Origin: Moorena producens
GTDB lineage: Bacteria > Cyanobacteriota > Cyanobacteriia > Cyanobacteriales > Coleofasciculaceae
NCBI RefSeq assembly: GCF_965240435.1
Contig: NZ_CBDEKO010000003.1
DNA: 64,000 nt
Direction: 5' to 3' (one strand)
The notes beneath the pieces were generated by a model. The model searched no databases. It was not told the origin of the DNA and worked only from the letters and a program-made list of their open reading frames with translations. Every line of letters begins with the position of its first letter. Position 1 is the first letter of the stretch. Positions 1 through 9,295 of this stretch are shown in pieces. The translations under genes and the position numbers were made by a program.

Positions 1-17
1 CGAGGTCTTGATCTCTG

Positions 18-359
18 GTGCTCGCCACAGAGCAACTCTATCGCCACAATTGGTCTGACCTCTTCTTGCCAGATCACATAACTCATTCTGAGCTCTCGTT
101 CCTGGTAGAATCGGGAAATACCTACTACCGCAAACCAATCCGGTCGTTTGTACCAAGCGGTATTTGGGGTCATAATATAAATTTAAGTCACTGGCCACAA
201 ACACCCTTTCCCTGTCATAATTGGGAGGGCGAAATGTTTCACTACACAGTTGTGGTTGCCAACTATGAAATTCGTCAGGTAAACCCGGCTCCTCTGGATC
301 TTCACTGGGTAAATCATACATGGTGGGCAGGGTTTCTTTGGCCGGATGAGGGAGAATAA
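18..359 (+). CDS. hypothetical protein (GTG start), no recognisable motifs
   Basis: 113-aa ORF from the six-frame track. An in-frame stop lies at 9-11, so the ORF is complete. No motif recognised. Confidence 0.2.
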   Translation: MLATEQLYRHNWSDLFLPDHITHSELSFLVESGNTYYRKPIRSFVPSGIWGHNINLSHWPQTPFPCHNWEGEMFHYTVVVANYEIRQVNPAPLDLHWVNHTWWAGFLWPDEGE

Positions 360-456
360 CTTTTTTAAATGAGGGTTTGGCAAGTGACATGGGATGACCT
401 CAATTTTTCCGACTGATGAGTTTGATCTTAGCAACTGGCCAACTGATCGCGAGTGT

Positions 457-577
457 AGGGAGATGGGGAGATGGGGAGATGGGGAGATGGGGAGATTTTG
501 ACCACTGTTCCCGATTCCCAGATCCGCTGTTCCCTACTCCCTACTCCCTGTTCCCTACTCCCTACTCCCTACTCCCT
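457..577. repeat. tandem heptanucleotide repeats (ggagatg xN, then ccctact xN)
   Basis: Directly visible: ggagatggggagatggggagatggggagat followed by tccctactccctgttccctactccctactccctactcc. Confidence 0.9.
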
Positions 578-583
578 TTGCTC

Positions 584-589
584 TATAAT
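584..589 (+). promoter_or_regulatory. candidate -10 box (TATAAT) in the conserved leader upstream of the NACHT paralog N-terminus
   Basis: ctctataatgatagataaaccaaaaaacaactaccaatatcATG at 581-624 is near-identical to 4636-4680 upstream of the second NACHT gene. Confidence 0.35.
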
Positions 590-621
590 GATAGATAAAC
601 CAAAAAACAACTACCAATATC

Positions 622-1047
622 ATGCTGGATTGGTTAGCAGTTTGGGGAATGTATAGTGCTGGTGGCTATCTGGCCAAGGAAGTGATTGGTCTTTTGGCGA
701 AAGAGGCTCTAGAAGACTACACGAAAGATTTTTTCAAAGAGTCTATCAAAGAGTATACCGGACTATCGGATCAAAATACCCAGAAAAAACTTTTTGGTAA
801 AGCCTTAAAAGAATTTATGGCTTTAGTGTAAAAAGAATTGAAAGATGCTGATTTATCTAAGCAAGAATTAAAACAGTATAGTAAACCTCTCAAGCAGTTT
901 ATTAAACATAAATCCATTAAAGCTATCCTGGGCAGTGCGTTCAAGTATGGCTGTGTTCACTTAGCGTGGCCAACGGCCAAGGAATAGATACCGATATATT
1001 AGCGAAGACTTGGATTGAGCTTGACTTATTAGAATTACCGGAAGGAT
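622..1047 (+). pseudogene. disrupted N-terminal domain of NACHT-HEAT paralog 1 (nonsense mutation, insertion, frameshift)
   Basis: The 622-831 ORF (MLDWLAVWGMYSAGGYLAKEVIG...) aligns to residues 1-69 of the 4678 gene. GAA is changed to TAA at 829-831. Homology continues out of frame through 832-1047 (KELKDADLSKQ..., AFKYGC...) with an extra ~30-bp insertion and a 7-bp insertion before 1048. Confidence 0.6.
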
Positions 1048-4000
1048 TTGATTGGCACTATGTACTATATTGGTAAAAGCTATCTCAAGAAAGGAAAAAA
1101 GAATAACAATAATAAAGTAAAAAATATTATTTGGAAATCCGATCAGTTACGGCCTATCCGAGATTCCCAAACCTTGGAAGCGATCGCAGAAAACACTAAA
1201 CCGGGAATTACCCCAGATGTTGACTTAAGGAAATATCAGGAAGCACTCCTAGAGAGCTACGGTAATGTCAAATTGGATAGTTTTGATACTAGTGGCTGTG
1301 CTTATAATGAACTAAAACTCTGGAAGATATTTATTCCCCAAAATGTGCGAGAGGTTCATGACTTGATGCCGGAGGGGATTCATGAACTGCCTAAGGATGA
1401 TTATCGAAAACTGCGAGAGAGTGGTGAACTAGATCAGGAAATTGACCAAAAGGAGTTGCAACGAGCTAAAGAGGTTTATTATCAACAGCCAATTCAATCG
1501 ATATTGGATGTGATCAAGAACTCTCAAGGCTATCGCTATTTGGTGGTTTTAGGAGAGCCAGGCTCTGGTAAATCTACCTTGCTGCACTATTTAGCATTGG
1601 AGTGGGCAAGAACTGATCTAACTACTGAACGTTCTCTGCGGATTCCGTTACTGATTGACTTACCCACTTATATCCGGAATCGCGATAGTGGACAGTGTCA
1701 GAATTTCTTGGAATTCTGCCATCAAAGTAGTGGAGCGATAGGTCATCTGAATCAAAATAAACTTGATGATCAGTTAAAGGCGGGTATTGTCTTCGTGATG
1801 TTTGATGGCTTGGATGAAGTGTTTGAGCCAGGGAAACGAGAGGATGTAATTACTGATATTCATCGCTTTACGAATAAGTATCCTAAGGTAAGAGTAATTG
1901 TGACATCTCGGGTAATTGGTTATAAACCCCAACGGCTACGGGATGCTGAATTTCGTCATGTTATGCTCCAAGACTTGGAGTCGGAACAAATTCAAACGTT
2001 TATCGAGCAGTGGCATGAGTTAACCTATACTGATCAAGTTGATAAAGTTAGGAAACAGGAGCGCTTACAAAAAGCCATTAAGACATGCTCTCGGATTCGA
2101 CAACTGGCGCAAAATCCCCTATTACTAACGATGATGGCAATCCTGAACCACAATCAAGAATTGCCTCGTGACCGCTCTGAACTCTATAACCAATCGTCTC
2201 GCTTACTGCTCCATCAATGGGATGTGGAACCAGCATTACTAGAAGATAATGGTGTTGATCCGAAGACGATTGATTATCAAGATAAGCAACAGATATTGGG
2301 AAAAGTGGCATATTTCATGCAGGGTAATCAAGGGGGATTAGCGGGAAATCTGATTAGTGGGGAAGATTTAGAAAGAATTATCAAAGAGGAGCTGAAGTTA
2401 CGGGAGGTTAATGACCCGAGAACCGTTGCTAAGGTAATGATTAATCAGTTGTGCAGCCGCAATTTTATCTTTTGTTCAATGGGAGCAGATTACTACGCTT
2501 TTGTGCATCGGACATTTTTGGAATATTTCTGTGCTCGGGAATTTGTCAGGAAATTTGAGAAAAAGCAGGATATTTCCCTAGAACAGTTGAAAAATGAGGT
2601 ATTTGGTAAGCACTGGCGGGATGAATATTGGCATGAAGTGCTGCAGTTGATTGTGGGCATGATTGATTCCCACAAAGGTGGAGAGATTATTGAGTATTTG
2701 ATGGCACAAGGTGAAGTAGAGGATGATTTTAATAATTTATTTCTGGCAGGGGATTGTTTATCTGAGGTTAGAAATCGGTATGAGATTAAATCAACGAATA
2801 TTGGATTACTGAATCGCGTCAAAGACTTAATTCATTATGATCTAAATTCTACTGATAACAAGTATAGAGATGAGGCCAACTTAGTCCGTGATCTTCGCAC
2901 TAAAGCTGTTGTAGCAGTAGCCACCCATTGGCAAGACCACCGAGATACCTTAGGGCTACTTAAAAAATTGGCTCGCTCTGATACGGATTTGTGGGTGCGA
3001 GCTACAGCAATTGAACAGTTAGCTAAAAGTTACAAAGACCACCGAGATACCTTAGGGCTACTTAAAAAAATTGCTCGCTCTGATACGGATTTGCGGATGC
3101 GATTTAGAGCAATAGAACAGTTAGTGCAAGGTTACAAAGACCACAAAGATACCTTAGCCGTACTTAAAGACTTGGCTCGCTCTGATACGGATTTGTGGGT
3201 GCGAGTTAGAGCAATAGAACAGTTAGTTCAAAGTTACAAAGACCACAAAGATACCTTAGCCCTACTTAAACAATCGGCTCGCTGTGATACTGATTCGGAG
3301 GTGCGATGTAGAGCAATTGAAGAGTTAGCTCAAGGTTACAAAAACCACCAATATACCTTAGCCATACTTGAACAATCGGCTCGCTGTGATACGGATTCGG
3401 AGGTGCGATGTAGAGCAATTGAAGAGTTAGTTAAAGCTTACAAAGACTACATAGATACCTTAGACATACTTCAAGAATTGGCTCGCTCTGATACTGATTC
3501 GTGGGTGCGAGCTACAGCAATTGAACAGTTAGTTAAAGCTTACAAAGACCACGGAGATACCTTAGCCTTACTTCAAGAATTGGCTCGCTCTGATCAAGAT
3601 TGGCAGGTGCGAGTTAGAGCAATTGAACAGTTAGCTAAAGCTTACAAAGACCACCAAGATACCTTAGCCCTACTTCAACAATGGGCTCGCTGTGATACTG
3701 ATTCGGATGTGCGATGTAAAGCAATAGAACAGTTAGCTAAAGGTTACCAAGACGACCAAGATACCTTAGCCCTACTTCAAGAATTGGCTCGCTCTGATAG
3801 TGATTCGTGGGTACGAATTACAGCAATAGAACAGTTAGCTAAAGGTTACCAAGACGACCAAGATACCTTAGCCCTACTTCAACAATGGGCTCGCTCTGAT
3901 AGTGATTCGTGGGTACGAGTTACAGCAATAGAACAGTTAGCTAAAGGTTACAAAGACCACCGAGATACCTTAGCCCTACTTCAACAATGGGCTCGCTCTG

Positions 4001-4485
4001 ATACTGATTCGAGTGTGCGAGTTACAGCAATTGAACAGTTAGCTCAAGGTTACCAAGACCACCAAGATACCTTAGCCCTACTTCAACAATGGGCTGGCTG
4101 TGATACTGATTGGCAGGTGCGAGTTACAGCAATTGAACAGTTAGCTAAAGGTTACCAAGACCACCGAGATACCTTGGCCCTACTTCAAGAATCGGCTCGC
4201 TGTGATACTGATTCCGATGTGCGATGTACAGCAATTAAACAGTTAGCTCAAGGTTGGAAAGACCAGCCTTGGTTATTTGAATTTTTATGGGATGGCACTT
4301 TCCATGAACCCTTTGAATGTAAGGAAGACTGGGATGACAATCCTCGACAAATAGCTCTTAATGCCATCCTGGAATATTATCCTAACCATTCCGAAACCCG
4401 ATCTTTATTACAGGATAGAGCAAAGCATGACTCGGATCCTGAACTGCGGAAGTTTGCTAAGGAGAATTTAGAATCAAGAATTTAG
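1048..4485 (+). CDS. NACHT-domain NTPase with ~13 C-terminal 34-aa HEAT-like (PBS-lyase type) repeats, N-terminally truncated relative to its paralog
   Basis: Walker A LVVLGEPGSGKSTLL and Walker B VMFDGLDEV in the typical NACHT arrangement. A 102-bp (34-aa) repeat ARSDTDxWVRxTAIEQLAxGYKDHxDTLALLQQW runs from 2937 to ~4260. About 75% identical to the 4678 gene. Confidence 0.8.
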   Translation: MIGTMYYIGKSYLKKGKKNNNNKVKNIIWKSDQLRPIRDSQTLEAIAENTKPGITPDVDLRKYQEALLESYGNVKLDSFDTSGCAYNELKLWKIFIPQNVREVHDLMPEGIHELPKDDYRKLRESGELDQEIDQKELQRAKEVYYQQPIQSILDVIKNSQGYRYLVVLGEPGSGKSTLLHYLALEWARTDLTTERSLRIPLLIDLPTYIRNRDSGQCQNFLEFCHQSSGAIGHLNQNKLDDQLKAGIVFVMFDGLDEVFEPGKREDVITDIHRFTNKYPKVRVIVTSRVIGYKPQRLRDAEFRHVMLQDLESEQIQTFIEQWHELTYTDQVDKVRKQERLQKAIKTCSRIRQLAQNPLLLTMMAILNHNQELPRDRSELYNQSSRLLLHQWDVEPALLEDNGVDPKTIDYQDKQQILGKVAYFMQGNQGGLAGNLISGEDLERIIKEELKLREVNDPRTVAKVMINQLCSRNFIFCSMGADYYAFVHRTFLEYFCAREFVRKFEKKQDISLEQLKNEVFGKHWRDEYWHEVLQLIVGMIDSHKGGEIIEYLMAQGEVEDDFNNLFLAGDCLSEVRNRYEIKSTNIGLLNRVKDLIHYDLNSTDNKYRDEANLVRDLRTKAVVAVATHWQDHRDTLGLLKKLARSDTDLWVRATAIEQLAKSYKDHRDTLGLLKKIARSDTDLRMRFRAIEQLVQGYKDHKDTLAVLKDLARSDTDLWVRVRAIEQLVQSYKDHKDTLALLKQSARCDTDSEVRCRAIEELAQGYKNHQYTLAILEQSARCDTDSEVRCRAIEELVKAYKDYIDTLDILQELARSDTDSWVRATAIEQLVKAYKDHGDTLALLQELARSDQDWQVRVRAIEQLAKAYKDHQDTLALLQQWARCDTDSDVRCKAIEQLAKGYQDDQDTLALLQELARSDSDSWVRITAIEQLAKGYQDDQDTLALLQQWARSDSDSWVRVTAIEQLAKGYKDHRDTLALLQQWARSDTDSSVRVTAIEQLAQGYQDHQDTLALLQQWAGCDTDWQVRVTAIEQLAKGYQDHRDTLALLQESARCDTDSDVRCTAIKQLAQGWKDQPWLFEFLWDGTFHEPFECKEDWDDNPRQIALNAILEYYPNHSETRSLLQDRAKHDSDPELRKFAKENLESRI

Positions 4486-4535
4486 AATCAAGAATTTAGA
4501 ATCAAGAATTTAGAATCAAGAATTTAGAATTAAGG
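4465..4535. repeat. 15-bp tandem repeat (aatttagaatcaaga x ~4.5) overlapping the stop codon of gene 1
   Basis: gaatttagaatcaagaatttagaatcaagaatttagaatcaagaatttagaatcaag; the stop TAG of the NACHT gene lies inside a repeat unit. Confidence 0.9.
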
Positions 4536-4539
4536 CGTA

Positions 4540-4626
4540 GGGTGTGTTAGGGACGGGCTCGCCAAGACGCAAGCCATAGCAAGTGTTGAGATAGTCCGTC
4601 CCGTAACGCACCACCAGGTCAAACTG
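4540..4626. repeat. hairpin element (stem gttagggacgggc / gtccgtcccgtaac); copy 1 of a family also found at 7937-8025 in inverse orientation
   Basis: ggtgtgttagggacgggctcgccaagacgcaagccatagcaagtgttgagatagtccgtcccgtaacgcaccaccaggtcaaactg. The reverse complement of 7937-8025 aligns end to end (cagtttgacc...ggtgcgttacggtgcgggc...gcccctaacgcaccc). Confidence 0.7.
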
Positions 4627-4639
4627 ATTGCCTTTTGTC

Positions 4640-4645
4640 TATAAT
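4640..4645 (+). promoter_or_regulatory. candidate -10 box (TATAAT) upstream of NACHT-HEAT gene 2
   Basis: tgtctataattatagataaagcaaaaaacaactaccaatatcATG; this leader is conserved with 581-624. Confidence 0.35.
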
Positions 4646-4677
4646 TATAGATAAAGCAAAAAACAACTACCAATATC

Positions 4678-7600
4678 ATGCTGGATTGGTTAGCAATTTG
4701 GGGACTTTCGAGTGCTGGTGGCTATCTCGCCAAAGAAGTGATTGGTCCGTTGGCGAAAGAAGCTCTAGAAGACTACACTAAAGAGTTTTTCAAAGAGTCT
4801 ATCAAAGAGTATACCGGACTATCGGATCAGAATATCCAGAAAAAACTCTTCGGTAAAGCGTTAAAAGAATTCGTGGCTTTAGTGGAAGAAGAATTGGAAG
4901 ATGCTGATTTATCTAAGCAAGACGTAAAACAATATACTAAACCGCTCAAGCAGTATATTAAAAACAAATCCATTAAAGTTATCCTGGGAAGTGCCTTCAA
5001 GTATGGCTGTAAACGAATAGATACCGAAAAATTAGATAAGACTTGGATTAAGCTTGACTTATTACCATTACCGGAAGGATTTGATTGGCACTATATTGGT
5101 AAACGGTATGTCAAGGAAGTAAAAACGATTATTCGGGAATCCGATCAGTTACGGCCTATCCGGGATTCCCAAACCTTGGAAGCGATCGCAGAAAATACGA
5201 AAGCAGGAATTACCCCAGATTTTGACTTAAGGGAATATCAAGAAGCACTCCTAGAGAGCTATGGTAATGTCAAATTAGATAGTTTAGATACTAGTGGCTG
5301 TGCTTATAATCAACTAAAACTCTGGAAGATATTTATCCCCCAAAATGTGCGAGAGGTTCATGACTTGATGCCAGAGGCGATTTATGAACTTCCTAAGGAT
5401 TATTATCAAAAACTGCGCGAGAGTGGTCAACTAGAGAACAAAATTGACCAAGAGGAGTTGCAACGAGCTAAAGAGGTTTATTATCAACAGCCGATAAAAT
5501 CCGTATTCGATGTAATTAAGGACTTTCAAGGCTATCGCTATTTGGTGGTTTTAGGAAACCCAGGCTCTGGTAAATCTACCTTGCTGCAATATTTAGCATT
5601 GGAGTGGGCAAGAACCGATCTAACTACTGACAGTTCTCTACTAATTCCCTTACTGATTGAATTACGCACCTATATCCGGAATCGCGATAGTGGACAATGT
5701 AATAACTTCTTGGAATTCTGCCATCAAAGCAGTGGAGCGATATGTCATCTGAATCAACATCACCTTGATCAGGAGTTAAAAGATGGTAAGGCATTAGTGA
5801 TGTTTGATGGCTTGGATGAAGTGTTTGATCCAGGGAAACGAGAAGATGTGATTACGGATATTCATCGCTTTACCAATAAGTATCCTAAGGTACGAGTAAT
5901 TGTTACATCTCGCGTCATTGGTTATAAACCCCAACGGCTACGGGATGCTGAATTTCGTCATGTTATGCTCCAAGACTTGGAGTCGGAACAAATTAAAACC
6001 TTTATTGAGCAGTGGCATGAATTAACCTTTACTGATCAAGCCGATAAAGTTAGGAAAAGGGAGCGTTTACAAAAAGCAATTGAGACATCTTCCCCGATTC
6101 GACAACTGGCGGGAAATCCCCTATTACTAACCATGATGGCAATCCTGAATCGCAATCAAGACTTGCCTCGTGACCGTTCTGAACTCTATAACCAATCCTC
6201 TCGATTACTGCTCCATCAATGGGATGTGGAACGAGCATTACTAGAAGATAATCGTGTTGACCCGAAGACGATTGATTATCAAGATAAGCAACAGATGCTA
6301 GCAAAAGTAGCAGATTTCATGCAGGGCAATCAAGCCGGATTAGCGGGAAATCTGATTAGTGGTGAAGATTTAGAACGGATTATCAAAGAGGAGCTGAAAT
6401 TACGGGAGGTTACTAATCCCAGAGCGGTTGCTAAGGTAATGATTAATCAGTTGCGCACCCGCAATTTTATCTTGTGTTTCATGGGAGCGGATTATTACGC
6501 TTTTGTGCATCGGACATTTTTGGAATATTTCTGTGCTTGGGAATTTGTCAGGAAATTTGAGAAAACCCAGGAGATTGACCTAGAACAGTTACAAACCCAG
6601 GTATTTTGTCAGCACTGGCGGGATGAGTCTTGGCATGAAGTGCTCAGGTTGATTGTAGGCATGGTTGATTCCAAAAAAGCTGGAGAAATTATTGAGTATT
6701 TGATGGCACAAGATGGAGAAGGGGATAAGTTTAATAATTTATTTCTGGCAGCAGATTGTTTGTCTGAGGTTAGGAATCGGTATGAGATTAAATCAACGGA
6801 TAGTGAATTACTGAATCGCGTCAAAGACTTAATTCATTATGATCTAAATTATGATTATAAGAAGTATGGAAATGAGGCAAGGTTAGTATATGATATTCGC
6901 ACTCAAGCTGTGGTAGCAGTAGCAACCGATTGGCAAGACCATCGAGATACCTTAGCCCTACTTCAACAATGGGCTCGTTCTGATACTGATTCGTGGGTGC
7001 GACGTACAGCAATTGAACAGTTAGCTCAAGGTTGGAAAGATCATCGAGATACCTTAGCCCTACTTCAACAATGGGCTCGTTCTGATACTGATTGGGATGT
7101 GCGAGTTACAGCAATTAAACAGTTAGCTCAAGGTTACCAAGACCACCGAGATACTTTATCCCTACTTCAAAAATGGGCTCGCTCTGATACTGATTCGTGG
7201 GTGCGACGTACAGCAATTGAACAGTTAGCTCAAGGTTACAAAGACGATCAAGATACCTTAGCCCTACTTCAAAAATGGGCTCGCTCTGATACTCATTCGA
7301 GGGTGCGAGTTACAGCAATTAAACAGTTAGCTCAAGGTTACAAAGACCACCCAGATACCTTAGCCCTACTTCAACAATCGGCTCGCTCTGATACTGATTC
7401 GGATGTGCGAGCTACAGCAATTGAACAGTTAGCTCAAGGTTACCAAGACCACCCAGATACCTTAGCCCTACTTCAACAATCGGCTCGCTCTGATAGTGAT
7501 TGGAGGGTGCGATGTACAGCAATTGAACAGTTAGCTCAAGGTTACAAAGACCACCCAGATACCTTAGCCCTACTTCAACAATCGGCTCGCTCTGATACTG

Positions 7601-7881
7601 ATTCGGATGTGCGAGCTACAGCAATTGTACAGTTAGCTAAAGGTTGGCACGATCAGCCTTGGTTATTTGAATTTTTATGCGATCGCACTCGCCATGACCC
7701 CTTTGAGCGTAAGGAAGACTGGGAGACAAATCCTCGACAAGTAGCCCTTAATGTCATCCTCAACTATTATCCTAAGCATCCCCACACCCAATCCTTATTG
7801 CAGGATAGAGCAGAGCATGACCCCGATCCTGAACTGCAGGAGTTTGCTCTGTTAAAATTATTAAAATTAGATGCTAATTAG
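4678..7881 (+). CDS. NACHT-domain NTPase with an unrecognised ~145-aa N-terminal domain and ~7 C-terminal HEAT-like repeats (NLR-like STAND protein)
   Basis: Walker A VVLGNPGSGKSTLL and Walker B VMFDGLDEV. 34-aa repeats ARSDTDSWVRRTAIEQLAQGY... The N-terminus MLDWLAIWGLSSAGGYLAKEVIGPLAKEALEDY... has no motif I recognise. Confidence 0.85.
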   Translation: MLDWLAIWGLSSAGGYLAKEVIGPLAKEALEDYTKEFFKESIKEYTGLSDQNIQKKLFGKALKEFVALVEEELEDADLSKQDVKQYTKPLKQYIKNKSIKVILGSAFKYGCKRIDTEKLDKTWIKLDLLPLPEGFDWHYIGKRYVKEVKTIIRESDQLRPIRDSQTLEAIAENTKAGITPDFDLREYQEALLESYGNVKLDSLDTSGCAYNQLKLWKIFIPQNVREVHDLMPEAIYELPKDYYQKLRESGQLENKIDQEELQRAKEVYYQQPIKSVFDVIKDFQGYRYLVVLGNPGSGKSTLLQYLALEWARTDLTTDSSLLIPLLIELRTYIRNRDSGQCNNFLEFCHQSSGAICHLNQHHLDQELKDGKALVMFDGLDEVFDPGKREDVITDIHRFTNKYPKVRVIVTSRVIGYKPQRLRDAEFRHVMLQDLESEQIKTFIEQWHELTFTDQADKVRKRERLQKAIETSSPIRQLAGNPLLLTMMAILNRNQDLPRDRSELYNQSSRLLLHQWDVERALLEDNRVDPKTIDYQDKQQMLAKVADFMQGNQAGLAGNLISGEDLERIIKEELKLREVTNPRAVAKVMINQLRTRNFILCFMGADYYAFVHRTFLEYFCAWEFVRKFEKTQEIDLEQLQTQVFCQHWRDESWHEVLRLIVGMVDSKKAGEIIEYLMAQDGEGDKFNNLFLAADCLSEVRNRYEIKSTDSELLNRVKDLIHYDLNYDYKKYGNEARLVYDIRTQAVVAVATDWQDHRDTLALLQQWARSDTDSWVRRTAIEQLAQGWKDHRDTLALLQQWARSDTDWDVRVTAIKQLAQGYQDHRDTLSLLQKWARSDTDSWVRRTAIEQLAQGYKDDQDTLALLQKWARSDTHSRVRVTAIKQLAQGYKDHPDTLALLQQSARSDTDSDVRATAIEQLAQGYQDHPDTLALLQQSARSDSDWRVRCTAIEQLAQGYKDHPDTLALLQQSARSDTDSDVRATAIVQLAKGWHDQPWLFEFLCDRTRHDPFERKEDWETNPRQVALNVILNYYPKHPHTQSLLQDRAEHDPDPELQEFALLKLLKLDAN

Positions 7882-7889
7882 ATGCTAAA

Positions 7890-7925
7890 GGGAATAGGGA
7901 GTTGGGAGTCGGGAGTCGGGGATAG
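7890..7925. repeat. heptamer tandem repeat (gggagtc family)
   Basis: gggaatagggagttgggagtcgggagtcggggataggg. Confidence 0.85.
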
Positions 7926-7936
7926 GGAAAAGGGAG

Positions 7937-8025
7937 CAGTTTGACCCAGTGGTGCGTTACGGTGCGGGCTGTTCCTCAGAGAGGAACAGGCGGACAATTA
8001 GTTCAAGCCTGCCCCTAACGCACCC
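7937..8025. repeat. hairpin element, inverted copy of 4540-4626
   Basis: cagtttgacccagtggtgcgttacggtgcgggctgttcctcagagaggaacaggcggacaattagttcaagcctgcccctaacgcaccc; it also contains the internal palindrome tgttcctcagagaggaaca. Confidence 0.7.
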
Positions 8026-8028
8026 TAC

Positions 8029-8133
8029 TGGCGTGGCACAGCTAAAATAGTGCAATAGCTTTTTCCGCTAAACCCTTGTTAAAAGTAGATTATGGTATTT
8101 TTCTAAAGCCCCAAATTAGCTGTGCCACGCCAC
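8029..8133. repeat. MITE-like element with 15-bp perfect terminal inverted repeats (tggcgtggcacagct ... agctgtgccacgcca)
   Basis: The arms at 8029-8043 and 8119-8133 are exact reverse complements. The ~75-bp AT-rich interior has no ORF. Confidence 0.6.
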
Positions 8134-8163
8134 TACGCCTGCGGAAGTTTGCTCAGGAGCAAT

Positions 8164-8262
8164 TAGAAGTTAGAAGTTAGAAGTTAGAAGTTAGAAGTTA
8201 GAATTTGGAATTTAGAATTATTCTGTCTTCTCTCTACATTCTTAATTCTTAATTCTTAATTC
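8164..8262. repeat. tandem repeats (agaagttag x6; aattcttaattcttaattc) flanking the Rpn gene
   Basis: gaagttagaagttagaagttagaagttagaagttagaatttggaatttagaatt ... tcttaattcttaattcttaattcaccattctacattc. Confidence 0.9.
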
Positions 8263-8276
8263 ACCATTCTACATTC

Positions 8277-9125
8277 TTACGACAACCGATTAATCTCATC
8301 CACACTCAACCCCGTATATTGAGCAATATCATTCAGAGGTAATCCTGCTGCCTTCATCTGTTTAGCAACCTGTTCTATACCTTGTTGTCTACCTTGTTCG
8401 AGACTTTCCTGAATCAAGGTTTGATTAACACTATACATATCCCGGTAGACCTTGAGGCTATCCTGATACAGGGCTTGCTCTTCAGAAGAAAAGTTGGCAA
8501 TCTCGGCTATTTCAAACAACTGAGCAAACACATCTTCTTGCAAGGGTTCAGGGGGAGCATTACATTGGGCAAGATGCCTGAATAAAAATAACCACTTGTC
8601 AAAATGGGTTTCTAGTTGATCAACAGATTTAGTAAATTTCGGTAGCTCGACATAGATGAATTTCAACTTATCGTAGAACACTTCACACCGCTGATTTTTT
8701 AGCTCTACCACATGCAACAGTTCTGAATCCTGCTTATTAAAAATAAAATCCAGAATACTGATGCTATAGACTGCGGTTAGCTTATAATTCCAATCTCCCT
8801 GTTGCGCCTGTTCTTGGATGGGTAAAGTGGAATAGTAGACACTGCGGTCTTTGAAGAAATTTTGTTTTGCCTTTTGCATTTCCACAATGAAGCGTTCACC
8901 GGTTGTGCTCTGACAATAAATATCAAAAATCGCTCTTCTATCCACTAAAGTGTTACCCAAAAACTCGGGATTCTTAATGGTGACATCCTGAATTTGATGG
9001 TGGGGAGGCAACAGCGTATTCAAGAAATCGATCAACAGTGCTTTGTTGGGCTCAGTGCCAAACACGCGCTTAAAACCGAAATCCGTCAGCAGGTGAATGT
9101 ATTTATCGGGTAATGGGAAAACCAT
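8277..9125 (-). CDS. Rpn-family recombination-promoting nuclease / putative transposase (PD-(D/E)XK, YhgA-like)
   Basis: The N-terminus MVFPLPDKYIHLLTDFGFKRVFGTEPNKALLIDFLNTLLP and the ERFIVEMQKAKQNFFKDRSVYYSTL core are the hallmark of the PDDEXK_7/Rpn (Transposase_31) family. The C-terminal SEEQALYQDSLKVYRD tail is also typical. Confidence 0.75.
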   Translation of the reverse strand: MVFPLPDKYIHLLTDFGFKRVFGTEPNKALLIDFLNTLLPPHHQIQDVTIKNPEFLGNTLVDRRAIFDIYCQSTTGERFIVEMQKAKQNFFKDRSVYYSTLPIQEQAQQGDWNYKLTAVYSISILDFIFNKQDSELLHVVELKNQRCEVFYDKLKFIYVELPKFTKSVDQLETHFDKWLFLFRHLAQCNAPPEPLQEDVFAQLFEIAEIANFSSEEQALYQDSLKVYRDMYSVNQTLIQESLEQGRQQGIEQVAKQMKAAGLPLNDIAQYTGLSVDEINRLS

Positions 9126-9219
9126 AGTTTAGAAGTTAGAAGTTAGAAGTTATAATTGAGAATTAGGAATTGGGAATGGTGAATTTAGAATTTAGAATTC
9201 TAAATTCACCATTCTACGT
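9125..9219. repeat. tandem repeats (agttagaagttag) plus the palindrome gaatttagaattctaaattc and direct-repeat copy caccattctacgttc
   Basis: caccattctac(a/g)ttc occurs at 8262-8279 and 9202-9219, bracketing the Rpn gene. The agaagttag repeats occur on both sides. Confidence 0.7.
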
Positions 9220-9295
9220 TCGGCCTTGCTGAATTAAGGAATGAATGCGCGATTATCTGGTTTTATTAAAGCCCCCGTTGGTCCCCCAACTTTGG

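Noticed and set aside
2078-2822. Minus-strand ORFs inside the NACHT genes (also 6050-7012)
   Set aside because: They are embedded in well-supported long + strand genes, with no independent signal.
4465-4535. Possibility that the 15-bp repeat expands the C-terminus of NACHT gene 1
   Set aside because: Each repeat unit contains an in-frame TAG, so copy-number changes do not alter the protein.
8160-8262. Possible CRISPR array (regular short repeats)
   Set aside because: The units are contiguous 9-bp tandem repeats without spacers, and the same holds for every other repeat block in the window. No cas genes are present.
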